Shown here in pieces: positions 35,687-48,599 of a DNA stretch of 64,000 nucleotides. Source of the stretch: Haplodiscus bocki (Eukaryota); NCBI GenBank assembly GCA_965655095.1, contig OZ296657.1:51398001-51462000 (forward strand), given 5' to 3'. The notes under the pieces are model-generated. The model did not search any database and was not told the origin of the DNA. It worked only from the letters and a program-made list of their open reading frames with translations. Position 1 is the stretch's first letter. Every line of letters begins with the position of its first letter. The translations under genes and the position numbers were made by a program.

Positions 35687-36119
35687 GTAGAAACGTATCA
35701 GCTCCCTCTACGTAGTTTTCCTCCAAACCTTGCAGCAGCGCATCAATTTTTGTTTGCGCCTCCATTTTGCGAGCTTCTTTTTCTGCTTCCGTTGCAACGA
35801 AGATGTTGACGAGGACCAGAACTATGTCACTTCTGATAACGTCCACAACCATATCAGCCAGCAATTTTTCTTCCTCAGTCTTTCCTGTTAGACCATATTT
35901 TGCAGCAAAGTATCGCGCAATGGCCACTGACTCCCCGTACTGTTTCCCATTTTCCATGGTCATATAAGGCACGATTCCCAAGTTAGCCTTTCCCTTCACA
36001 GCGGGCCAATTTTCTCGCTTGATTCTTTCATCTTCGAATTCATGTCCAGCGAAAGCAAGAATGTATCGTATGAGTTCGGCAGCGCCTTTCGAGTCGAAGT
36101 AAGTTATTTTGACAGGCAT
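35687..36119 (-). CDS. Glutathione S-transferase (sigma-like), coding exon 1
   Basis: MPVKITYFDSKGAAELIRYILAFAGHEFEDERI..W..K..LGIVPYM..GESVAIARYFAAKYGLTGKTEEE..ADMVVD. Thioredoxin-like GST N-domain with catalytic Tyr7 and cis-Pro loop. ATG at 36119-36117. Confidence 0.95.
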
Positions 36120-36272
36120 GATGTGCAAGTGTTCCTGAGTTAGAGTTATAAGATATTAATTACCTAAAGAATAGAGTTGTTAAACTGGAGATTAATAATA
36201 GCGGGTTTACATCCGAAAAGCACCGGTGGTGTACTGTGTTGACTCAAGGGGAGTAAATGTTGCCTCGAATCT

Positions 36273-36279
36273 CTTTATA
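36273..36279 (-). promoter_or_regulatory. Candidate TATA box of the GST gene
   Basis: Minus-strand TTATAAAG ~155 bp upstream of the ATG. Position is plausible but the background is AT-rich. Confidence 0.3.
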
Positions 36280-36652
36280 AACAAGGATTCTCAGAAAATT
36301 ATTTTTGGAAAAATTATGGCAATAAATACAATGTCGCGTTACAGATTACGCTAAACCTAAACAGTGCAGTATGTACATTTACTATTTATACAGAAAATGG
36401 ATAACAGATACGATTGAAAGCGAAAGACGTGTGAGTAACCGAAAGGAAGGCTGAAGGCGACTGCTAAAAGAATAAATAAAATGCCGCCCCCACGGCTGGT
36501 CAAGCGGGAGCTGCCACTACGGCAGCCTTAAATATTTGAAGCGAACTTTAACAGAACTCGGATGGCACAAAATTGAAAGAACATAAATTCCATTACTCCC
36601 CTAATATGCTCATGTTTAGAGTCAAGCTACCGAAGCGAGCAAGACCTCTATT

Positions 36653-36740
36653 GGGTGGCAGGACAAAATACCCAATCCCAAAACACCCCGAAGGTCAAAA
36701 TTCACAATGTCGCAAAATACCGAAAGCCATACACCCCAGA
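36653..36740 (+). repeat. Decayed end of the same 15-bp-unit transposon family seen at 1236-1304
   Basis: GGGTGGCAGGACAAAATACCCAAT.. followed by degenerate CAAAA[TC]ACC units (cf. GGGTGTCAAGACATAATACCCAAA). Confidence 0.55.
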
Positions 36741-36791
36741 TTGGAATAACAATGCCAATTGAATAAATAAAAAAGTTTTAACGTTACAGGT

Positions 36792-37220
36792 AAGGAGACC
36801 GCAACTGAAGTTTAGTTTGTTAGAAAAAAAGGAATTTTATTGTAAAGTTTGACCAAAGTGGTGTCAAGTTGGAGCCCTTTATGCGAAAAGGAACGACTTC
36901 TAATCCGAAAAATATCGTCAAAGTAGTTGAAATTTATAAGACTTTCTTCATAACTCTTTCGCCAAAGAACTTTCTAATACTAGTTGGACCAGAAGTTAAA
37001 AATCAGCATGAGATGGAAATAGTCTTTCCGTTAAGCCTCGTCGAAGCTCAGGCAATTTGAAACCCCATATGAGGAAACAAATCATTTACAATTTTGGAAA
37101 TATCGCGTCGAAATTGACATTTTAGCTGGATTTTCAAGTTTCTTTTGGAGCAAAGACATCGGAAAATTACCAAACCACAACTGAAAGTTAGAGTGCGATA
37201 GATTAGAGTCTTCTTGTTCA
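36792..37220 (+). repeat. ~430-bp dispersed repeat, copy 2 (upstream of GST)
   Basis: Direct, diverged copy of 33596-34025. Confidence 0.85.
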
Positions 37221-39799
37221 GTCTTCTACCTTAAAGTTTGCGTAGTTACTCAATTGATATCGTAATTAAGATGCTAACTATCAGTACTGTTCTCAATGCA
37301 CCTCTATACGCCATTTTAAAAATACTACACAAAATTACAAGTATATCTGGAATCCACTCTGCAAGGAATTTTTCTTTTGGACTCATCGGAAGTACGCACC
37401 ACTAAAATTCAAATTGAAAACAAGGCAAAAAAATGTGATTAAGACAATCAAGGCTCAAATCCGCGCTTTTTAACGGTCTGTATTGTTCCACAATTTTGAA
37501 TTTTGTCTTATGGTTCCAAAAATTTCGAATCCTACTCTTTTTTAGAGAAGGCAAATGAAAATTATCAAATCCAAAATCTCAAATTTGATAACATTTTGGT
37601 GAATTTTTAATGGTATGGTTAATTCTTATCTTGAATATTTTGGGACTTTGTGTGTTCTGGTCGTGGGAATTTTGGGCTTGCTTATTTCGGGTTTGGGATG
37701 GATGCCCTCTTTTGATTACACATTTATCATAATTTTTGAAAGCGAGCGAACAAAGCGAGTTAACGCCTCTATTGTTAGCATGGTTCGTAATTTTTTTTAC
37801 AATCACTTTTTCTTCGTTCTCTACTTCCTTAGTCGCAAATTTCTCCGACAAAGACAAAAGCTCTGTCAAATGTTAACATTTCCAGTTAAATATACTTACT
37901 TTTATGTCCGATGGTCTGAATCGTTTAAAAATTACAGAAGTTCTACATTTTTGCTTGGCTAACACTAGGCTTACACAAATAAATTCAAGATTTCTGCACG
38001 TTTTTTGGCTTTCTCTACTACACAACTATTTGTTTCGCAAGGAATTACACTGAAATAAACGAAATGTACATTTTTGGACAATTGTTTTGTGTTTTTTACT
38101 ATACATAAAAAGCTATTTTTTTGAATCCCCAAATCTTATGTTTGCAAAACCACTTGTGAACTACATTTCTAGCATCACTTAATATAAAACGTTGAACTTT
38201 TAACAAAAATTGGTTTGATAACGTTTTCAACGACAGCGAATTAGATGCTTCAAACTAAACCAAAAACATCAATTATTGGTAAGTTCACAATTTTTGTTTT
38301 CCATATCAACTCCTTAGCTACCAAAGCCAGCTAATACCACACAAAAGCCCAAACTTAATCGAATCCAGATTTCTTCAAAGTTCTTTAGCCTTCAGTTTTC
38401 TCGGTAGCTTGAAGTGTACGAGAAGAAATTAAATAACAAAAATTACAAGAGTTTTGCATTTTCGCCTACTAAATTGGCGTTTCAGTAACAACTATTTTGA
38501 AAAACTTCATGAAATACATATCTAGTGTTTTATAATTGGTGACAAGGGCCAACATCTCGATGATCTCAAAATTTCTTGCTTCGGCCCTAAAATCAATATT
38601 AAAGCTACAATTGCATCAAGTGCGATAAAAATAGTTAGGTTATTGCTCTAAGAATTTTCTCACAGCTTCGTTATTGAAAAATTTTTACATTTTTGGCGAG
38701 GAACGATTTTTGTTGCGCACTACAGCTCCTTTTTTTTCATGTCACAATTTTGGAAGATGTTGAATTTCGTTCACTTCTAATTTGCAAAAGTTTGCTTCCC
38801 TGGAAATGGAACGAACCAAAATCTTTTTCGCGAGAATGACTATTGCGAGAATGTTTTTTACTACCAAAGCTTTTTGTTGTAGATTTGAGAAAAAACAGGA
38901 GAAACATGAAACTTTTGATTGAAATGGCGTCTTTTGCAGTCAAAAACGCACTTTCTTGATCTTTTAAATTCAAGATTATGGAATGTTTATTGATTTTTAT
39001 GCAAGTTTTGTACTTCTGAATGAAATTTTTGTCAAGTTACGAACCAGTATAACTTCATGGCAAGATAGTACTTGAATTAGTAGAAACCTACCGAGAAACT
39101 TGAGGAAAAATGCAGCTTTTTCTCGCAAAAGCACCATTTATTGTGCTTTTTGACTAACAAAAGGCCTCTTTCCGTTTTTTTTTTAGAATTTTCTTCCATT
39201 TACGTTCTGATCTATAATTTCAACTGCCCAACGCACCGAGTTTAAGCAAAAGTTTTTTTGGAAAATCTGAACTTTTTTTCTGAAAATTAGGACTTTTTTA
39301 ACGCTTTGATGATGACTAAAACCAGCCAATCTAAACTTGAACCATAAAAAACTCTATTTCAGCAAAATGCAGTAGATTTCATAGACTTTTACCCATTGAT
39401 CTTCCGGAGCGGCTCAAGTTACAATTCGGAAGCTTTGAAATCAGCCATTCTTTGCACATTTTGCAACTTTTCTAAAAAATTATACACTCTTGCTTTCCAT
39501 GGCGACTTCCGGGTCACTTTTACACATTAGTAACTAAAAGAAACCCAAGGAGATTTGAATACATCGATTCTTTTGAAGTTCTGTTTCAAGGTATTCCGAT
39601 GGTTTGAAGGTTTTGAGGAAAAAACAACTTCGCACGTTTAGGAGGTTTTTTTGGTTGTTTGCTTTCTGTCTGCGTTTTTTTACTACAATTGCATTTGGAA
39701 ATTATAAGAAGGAAGAATTAAAAAAATAAGAAGTTTACTTTGTTGTTTTCTTTATCCTTTACAATCGGTGAATTTGTTACCTCCTTTGTCTTCTCCAAC

Positions 39800-42700
39800 C
39801 TCCAACACTTATGTTTTTTTGCTTCTCAACTCAACCTTGTGACCAGGAACGCAGTGTCAAATTAAAAATTAAGTGATGACCTTTGGGGGAACTTCTCAAC
39901 GAATTTGAAACTTTCTTCAGATTGGTGCTTTGGATGGCTTAGGGTCAGTCATAAAGTAGCCTGTCCCAGCCTTTTCTCATTGAAAATTCTTTCCGTCGCC
40001 TTGAAGAAAAAAGTTTCATCTAAAAGTTCTTGGAAAGGGAAAAATTGTTAACCGCTTTTAGAACAGTCTTCAAGTTCAATTGATGTTTTGCAGTTATATT
40101 TTTTCGCAGACCAAGGGGCCTATAAGTCTCTGACTGTTAGAAGTTGTCGATTACTTGCTAGACAGTGACAACCCTTGACAACTCGTAATGTTTCTTCCTG
40201 GAAAACGGTTTTTTTTCTGATTAGCTTCCCTCTTTTTTCCTTTCTTGACACGTGCTGTCTGCGTGCAACTCCTCGTCTCCCGTCTGTTCTTCTGGTAAAA
40301 AATCATCTCAGACAATTTCACTTCCTTCATCGTTTTTTTTGAACCTAACTCTTCTATGTCCCACTCTCCTCCCATCTCTATCCTTTTTTCCTCATAGGAT
40401 GAAAAACTCTGAGTCCTTCCAAATACCTTTGATACGTCAGATTCAAGGGGAACTTCCACACTTACTGTTTAGCTAAATTTTCAACTCCGTCGACGGTTCC
40501 AAAAGTTGAATTTATATTTGTTTGTTGAAGTCAATCCGTACTTCAGGGTAGCTTTTTTTTCAAAAATTCAGCAAATAAGAGACCATTCTCTGTTTAGAGA
40601 AATTCTACCCAAAAATTTTAAATGAAGTTTTCTAGAGATCACACCATGCGGTTTTCCTTTAGCATTCTTTCGGGGTAGTAAGAACTTCTGCTTCTATGGA
40701 AAACGTGTAAATATTCTTCGAGGATTCCGTTAAGATTTGAAGCTGGAGGAAAGGGGCCAGAGCTTTTGAATGAGATGACCGTGTTTTACATTTCAACCTC
40801 GAAACAGTAAAGTACTTTTAAAATAGCACAAAGTTTAAGAGTAGTTTGAATTATTAGAAGATTTATTAAGAATCGATGTACAAATATTCCTGAAAAGATG
40901 TTTCGGATTTTTTCAGAAACAAAAATTTTTGTTTGCAGTAGCTTCTCTGATCAATAAAAATGGCGAGGTAATTCAAATTCCATCAATTTTTTTTACGCTG
41001 AAGGTATGAAAAAAAATGAAGACCTTCATGCTTTGTAAAAACTCTCGTAGCAGTTGCCCTTGATTTTCACGACTTGAACGAACCCATTTCCCTCAAAACT
41101 CATTCCCTCGCAGTCTTCTACTATTTTAACTTAGACATTTTCAATACACGCATGTTCTGATATTTGATTCCACAATCTGGGTATTTGAGAATCATTTGTA
41201 GATGCCTACTCGCGGTTGAAATTGCTTCTTCCTCGGCTGTGGTTATTTTGAATGGATTTAGCTTCTGTTACAGTTTTCAGTCGATCCTTGATCTAAGTGA
41301 TAGAACTTTTGATCTTTGTTACGCTGATGTCCAAATATTGACTGCGGTTTTCAAGTGATCGAATTGTCGCCAGTCCAGAGAAACAGGATCCTAGCCGACA
41401 CGTACGCAGTGGATATATGGAGGAGATCCGCTTGTTGTAGAAAAGATACAATTAGGTATAAAGTGATGCCGAAGCTTTTCCTTTGCTTCCAACATTGGAG
41501 GTATCCCAGTATCCAAGCCTGCAGCACCTGCAGCTGCACCAGCATTGAACCTGCAATCGATCCATGAGAAACTTCAGAAACACTCGGGCAGTATCATATC
41601 CCAGTGTTCTCACTGCAAAATTTTTCAATTCCTTCCAACCTTTACTATTTTTAAGAGTCAGTGAACAACACATAAGTATCGTAGGCAAGAGCATGCAGTG
41701 AACACAATGTCTGACGTTGCTACCAAGAATGCAACTTTGACGAATCAATTTGAACTTTTGCTATGTTGGTGACGCCTGCACTAGATTTGGAACTATTAGA
41801 CATTTTGATTGAACCCTCATAAAGAGGGCTCAGGATCACATTGAAACTAACCAATTTTACCACCAACGCCAGCAGTGTATTGCAAGCCTAACATCTCAGA
41901 TCGCTGTTGAGCAACCTCATCAACTTTTTTTTCATGATTGATCACAAAATGCTAGTACAAAAATGTTTTTGTGTGATGAAATCCAAAATTAAATGGTCCA
42001 ACGAAGTGGAGCAGAACGAGTCACCTTTTCCTTGGACCAGTTCCAATCACACGAACTCTAGGTGGAACACCTTCTGACACAACTTGTGTTGGAAAGGACA
42101 TTGAGCTTCCACGTGCGGGAAATGATGATTTGTGTCTCTCAACAAAAACAATGGGCAGTTGTGGGACCTGCGCGTGCATTGCATTGCAGAATGGCATAGA
42201 AAAGAACAAAAAAGTTATGCAAAGTAACAATCTCGAGTGATTTCCGTAGGAGAAGATCAATTGTGTTGTTGAAAATTCCTGACTATAGCTTTACATCTGG
42301 CTGAGGCTCACTTGGGCCCTAAATTGACATTCTGCGGACATTCACACGTAGAGAGACTGGATGATAAGTGTGGTGGACAAATATCTTTTACCACATCTGC
42401 TTGGCAGAAGTTAGCCTCTGACGAACCATACAAGTTGTTGCCTCAGCATGTCAACCTCGTGGCAGTAAAAGAATTGAAGATTCTCTCGGTCCATGTTATT
42501 GAAGAAAGAAAGAAGTCCATTCTTTCAGCCTAAATTCAACCTGAAACCGCCACGAGATGAAATTGATTCTCAGCAGGAATAAGTGAAAGATGTCCTCCGG
42601 AAACGCCAAGAAGTACTCGAAATAGCAATCACGAACCTCCACCAAGCTCAGTTTTAACCCAGAAAACAACTCACCAAACGGCACTTGGGGAGGTTTACGT

Positions 42701-45700
42701 CCAAGGTGACGAATGATTGTCTTTTTTTTTCGATGTTCTCAAGAGAGGTACCGGAACACTATTCATGTTTGGAGATGACTCTTATCAAGGATGTCAGGCA
42801 AGAAAGTTTTCGGCACAACTTTTCCAAAGTATTCAAGGTTCAATATGAACTTCTCAACTCAATCGTCAACAAACCAACTGGTCAGTAGATCAGGAGACAC
42901 ACAATGGAAAGATTATTCTTGATTCCCTTTCTGATGATCCCATCGATATAGTTAAATCCGACAATGATGAAGACTTCATTGAAGAAGAAGAGCCGCATTC
43001 TGACTCTTTTGTCCCTGTCTTGTCTCAAGAGATCAGATCTTCACATTTTCTCCCGACAACGAGCCAATACCCACTAAGCAGCACTGATGAAACGAAACCA
43101 AACAAAGACATCTCGGAGCTACGTGTTTTCTTTTGATTGTTCAGTCGTCTCCGCAGAAAACGTAAAGGAACACATCTTGCTTTCATCAATGGAACAAAAT
43201 GGTGCTGTATGTTTTGTTGTATTCTCGGGAACGGTTCAGTTGATAGCTCAGTTAGGCTAAAAGAACTCATGTTGCCGGGTAATGTGTGCTGCCTTCTGAT
43301 GTTGGTAAATTGGGTGATTTGATAGCGGAATCGGTCGAAGATTTCCGATTTTACCTAGCATTAACTCTGCCTTAGACCTTAGACTGCATCAAGCAATGCG
43401 CCCCTTTGGCTTATCTGGGAACAAAGTTTCCACCCGTAGTCATGACTACCGAGAAAAAGCATTAATGAGAAAATTAGTTGAAACCTCTTCTTAACATGTG
43501 TAAAATCTATATAATTCTCGAAGTTCTGTCATCCCCAAAACCCTTTCTGCGTTTCCTTTGAAACGAAGCCGCACGTCAATGGTCCCAGGATTTAAAAAAC
43601 TGACCCTCAAAGTTTGACCCTCAAACCCCTTTTTGTTTTCATTTGGGAAAGATTCTATTTTTTCCTGCCCAGTGGGAGATTTTACTGCCTAAAAAAGTAT
43701 AAGAAAAAGAATCAGAGCTCTGTTTGGAGCGCCAAGAAACAGACAATTGTCGAAAGAAGACGGTCTTCTAAAATTTATCAAAGTTTCAGCGCACCTTACT
43801 GGTCAGATACCAATCTTTAGATCAACAGCTGAACCAAATGATCCAAGAAGTACTACATTGTTGGCATTAGACAAACTATCTTAAAATAGCGTGAGTGAGA
43901 GTCAGAGAACAGCACCAAAAATCCTCTAATTCCGATTGTAACTGGGAGGCTTTGGTTTTTATTCCAAACCCTGAACATGCGCTTCAAACTTAGCCCAACG
44001 TCGATCATAGTTTTGTACACATATGGAATCAAACTTCTGGATTATAATCTAATCAGCCGCAGAAGACAAATTGGTGCAAGCAAAGTTCAAAAAAATGTCT
44101 GGAAAGTCTTCAATGGAGGATTTTATGTAGTCAGGTTATATCGGTACATATTTTGAACTTCATTGGGCAATGTTCGATTCCCAAAAACGGTACTTACTAA
44201 AACATTTGTTTTTATTTCAAACCCACCCCGCGATGTTCCAGCACACAAGAATTTTCGAGGGACGAATTGGCACCTTGTCAGTGGAGTTTTGAAGCAAACT
44301 GCAAAGCTTTGTACGTTGAATCTTGAGATTCTTTCCGTCAGTAGCGGCATTTGATCTCACAATTAACGTTTTTTCGGCCATCAAACAGGGAGTGTTCATC
44401 TGACATTTTCTAACCTAGTTGAGGAGATCAGAGACTCCATTGACACAGGAAGCGGCCCAATCAAAAAGTGTTTCTTTGGATTTAAGATACCGATATCTTG
44501 AAAGAACGACGAAGCAACGAAGTAGCCGCCCCTGCTATGTTGCGGTGAGCTTTAGTAAGGACAAACACCCAAAACAGAGGTTTTGGTCATGACAAAAACT
44601 TCAAACAGACAACTAAAATTTGAAACATGACTATATATGGGACTGCTGCGCCCACTTCTTTCTGATGATTAACATGGCATTTCCGAGGATTCATTTTTGC
44701 AGTCCTTTTGTGGAATTTCATGACTGCCTTGCTGAAACAATAGATCTCGAGAAAAACAAAAAAGATAGTATCGCTTTCTGACCTTTGAACAAGAATGTAC
44801 TAAACTGCACCGGTGTCACCAAATTATAGTGGATTGATTTTCTTCAGATAACTCCAACATTCCGCCGTGTTACAGGAGAGAATTCATTGGAGCATAAATC
44901 TTGTTCAATAGAAGAAAGAATATGAAGGCGGCAGGCATTGCGATGACAAAGAAGAAATGTAGGAAAGGAAGTTCGAGAATGAGGATCAATTGAATGCCAT
45001 GGGAATCGAGCCGCAAAATGAAAGCATCTCACAACAGCCATCAAGACGCACGACTAGCGGGACGCTTGACACCTTCGTGAACCGTTTTATCAAATCGGGT
45101 CCAGGTCGAACTTTTTTCACAGTTGAATTGGTTAGCTAAGTTTTAGCCTATTTCTCTACTACTTGTTTTGAGAGTGTCACTTGCTCCATTCTGATCTTAT
45201 TCAAGTATACAACTCGCATTTTTTTAAACTGCTTCGCCGTATACTGAGTTTCACCTAAAAATCGAAGATAATGGTTAGACAGCAAAAAGAATCCAAAATT
45301 GGAGGCACATCATATTGATTTTTTGAGGTACCATACAGTAGCTCCGCCAGCAGCCGCATGCAATTCTCACAGGAAATGAGAGAACAACAGTTAGTGTTTG
45401 AAGTAGAGCAGAAGATGGAAGGTTTCAAAGAGCTACTCAGCAAGAACTTGGATTTTTTTGAAGTTTTTGCTCTGTTGTCCATATTGTCTGTCTTAAAATA
45501 GATATATTTTGAGAAAACGAATCTTATCAGTGTAGGATCTGAAATGAAGAATCAGCTGAAGAAGTAAAAAACTGATGACCTGTTAGTAACTAAGAAAACA
45601 ACCCAGTTTTGACCTGCAAGTGTCTCCATGATCAGGTAAATTAATCACAAAAAATGACAATGCCTTATCCAAGAGACGAGAAAGACAGAATTTTGTGATT

Positions 45701-47750
45701 AGTCCCAAGATGCTAAAGAGACTGGGCATTCACTTGTCAATGAAACCTCCTGTTCTCAGTGCCTGAGACCCTGCGATAAAACTCTACAACGAGTTTGCTG
45801 TTCTTGTAAATCCGTCAATTTTTGTCCACAGCAGCATAGAAAAGAGTCTAATTTTCGAGTGAGACTGCGGGGTCACTGTGAAAGCAATCTTTCCTCTCTC
45901 CTGAAGCACGCTTGCGAGAATCTAGAAGATTCCCCGTTGTTTCTCGCATGAAAAACTTGAGCTCTCAAAACTGACGAAAAAAAGGTCTCAGCGTGTAGCC
46001 AAAGAAATGCAAATAAAAAAAGAGCCTAGCCTCAGGGTGCTGGACCCGGCTGCATGCAGGAAATTGCTATGGCTTCCAGAAATCAATGTTCAACTTGAGG
46101 ATTTCTCAAAAGCAACTCAGAGATTGATTTTGCAGCCATGGGTCAAGGGTAATTCCACGCCCCTGCTAACGTGAAAAACGGTGCTCACCTGTAATGAAAA
46201 GATAATTAACATTGAAGGCTCACTGCTTAGTGAGAGGTCCTTTCATGAGACCGAACAAACTGATTTGTCAAACCACGACCCAGAACGTTTCAATGGCTTG
46301 CATCGAATCATAACGGTAGTTAGTAAGAAACCCAATTGGACCAGATACACAGATACCGCTTGTTGATTTCAACAGAAACTACGTTGAAACAGGAAAAAAC
46401 CGTGCATTTTGGAAGGTGACATGTGGGTGTCGATTCTTCGCATGGAAAAAGGACAGACAAGGAACCTGCTTAATAAATTGCTCTCCATATGCAAAAAAAA
46501 ATAGTTCTACATCTTCTAAACTTAACTTGCAAATTTGGGGGGTCAAATGACTAGAAAAAGGACGCTCAGGAAGTTGACCCAAGTGTCGCAAGAAAAACGT
46601 AAAAGAAGTCATTGCGTACCAGACAACGGAATATTCAGAACTCAAAAGAAAATTTTTGAGAACTGGGATTGTGGAAACCATGATTGTTTCCTCAGCAGGA
46701 TTTGTACGCTGAGTGGCTTGTTTTCGGAGGGTTTTCTACACCATGTTTGTAGATGCAGCACAGTGCAAGGGTGAACAGATCTATCATTTCTGCAAACAAT
46801 TTAGAGACGTTATGTCCTCTTGAAATAAACTATTCAGTTTTCTTTGTGGAGAATGTCATTGATTCTGTTTCAACTGACGCTTCCCCGCAACTATCAGCTA
46901 ACATCTCGTGATCTTGCGTCCTTCGAATATGGTGACAAGATGGCAGTCCAATGATACAGTTGGCATAAGCTGGGATCAATCACCGAATAAAAACGTTCTG
47001 CACTCGTGAAACACGCGAAGAAAACTTTGTTCCAAAAACAAGAGTACTGGACCCAAGAAACAGACAGTGGAAAGAAAATCTGTTCTGCTGACGCCTGGAC
47101 AAAGACAGAGACATGTTTGAGCACTGCACCCTGGCCAGTCTAATTGTGCTTGAGAATAAGGAAAACGGATTAAAAGCCATCATCGAGAAAGCTAAGCCCT
47201 TGATGACTGACTTGCTTTAAAAGGGTGCCTCTTTTTGGTGGTGCCAGCAGCTGCAGAATATGAATTTGTAAAAATTAGCGCAAAATTGAACATTCGGTGT
47301 ACAAGAAGTACTTCAAATTCATCGACATCTACGTTACAACAAAGCCTCTACATTTTGTAAAAAGAATTGAACAAATACGAACGTTTGGTTGCTCATTGCA
47401 ACTTAGCTGAACTATCTTAGACTAAAAACCCATTACTAAAAGGACCAGTCGGGAGTGTAGATCAATTGACAACTTCAGGCGTTCAAAACACCCTCCTTTC
47501 TTTCCTTTTCTTCTCAAGGGACAACATCCAAAGAGTGACATCTGGAAGACACTTTTCGAAGATTCACCAGAGCTGGGTTTGTCATCCTAGATAGCCGAGT
47601 TTTCAGTGTTACTTTTTGTCGTATTCTACAGCTACATATGTTTCTCAAATTCTACATTCTTTCAGTTTGTAGACTTTTTCTTCAGGTGATTTGTTATTTC
47701 GACTGGAACATGATCGGGTTTCAAAACGAATACAACCCCTGGCCACGTGA
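39800..47750. pseudogene. Decayed, intronless, gene-dense block of unknown origin (possible large DNA element or endogenous virus remnant)
   Basis: Visibly less AT-homopolymeric than the flanks, with many abutting broken reading frames. MYND-like finger 'CSQCLRPCDKTLQRVCCSCKSVNFCPQQHRKES' at 45751-45850 (+). No hallmark replication or capsid motif recognised. Confidence 0.3.
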
Positions 47751-48599
47751 AGTACAGTTTTGACAAACCTGCTGTTTACTTCTTGCTTGCAACCAAAAAA
47801 ATTATCACTCGAAGTAAGAAACTTTTCGCCCAGAGTCCGAAAAACAATAACTTTTTTTCAGGAAATGTCGCAGGCCGAGTAGGGGGGAACACTATATTAC
47901 TAATGCTTGAATTTAATTCTTTTTCTCGTTCTAATTTTCTCTCTAGCTTAGTGCTGCAGGTGATTAGCGTTCCTTTTGTTATCTAGATCAATACAGCGGT
48001 GGCGCCGCAGCAGTTGTTTTGTTTAATGGAAATAAGTCTCAGGGGCTTTTATTGATCTACTTTCAGGTGCCTTGCAGGCCTCGCGAACAAAAATTGCGTA
48101 AGTTCAAAGCAAGGACTTTATGAGCGATGGAGGGAAAATAGAAAGTGAAATAATCAATTATTCAGTCAACCGGGGAAGCAAATATAATCAAATGGGGAAT
48201 GAAAGGGGACTGCGCTAATGGAATATGAATCACGCAATAGCAAAAGTGGGAACAGCAAATTTCAGTTCCATATAAATTGTTTACAACAGCCAGCAGAAAA
48301 TTTTGTTATTTTTAAAATCACCGAGAATTTATTCCCATCACAAAAAATCACTGTTATCGTCCCGTTACCGTAAATACTCCTTGCATTTATAAAATTCATC
48401 AGTTCAGCAGAAGATTCGAGAAATGTAATTATCTAAAAAAATGAAGATCTCAGATTATACAACGATGAAGATATAAGGTTGAAAATTATAAAATCTCCAA
48501 ATTTTCGAGTATAAATAAAATCAGTCCAAAATATCAAAAGACATACAAATTTCAAATGACAAAATGTAAAATATTATTTATGAAAACTCCCAAACACTG

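Noticed and set aside
35664-36128. GST as a single-exon 154-aa truncated gene or pseudogene
   Set aside because: A GTGAGT donor at 35686 and an in-phase second exon at 27507-27332 give a full-length protein; the real start is the ATG at 36119.
36510-36527. GC-rich hairpin GCTGCC-ACTAC-GGCAGC as a Helitron end or terminator
   Set aside because: Only a 6-bp stem, no CTRR terminus nearby, and bacterial terminators are irrelevant here.
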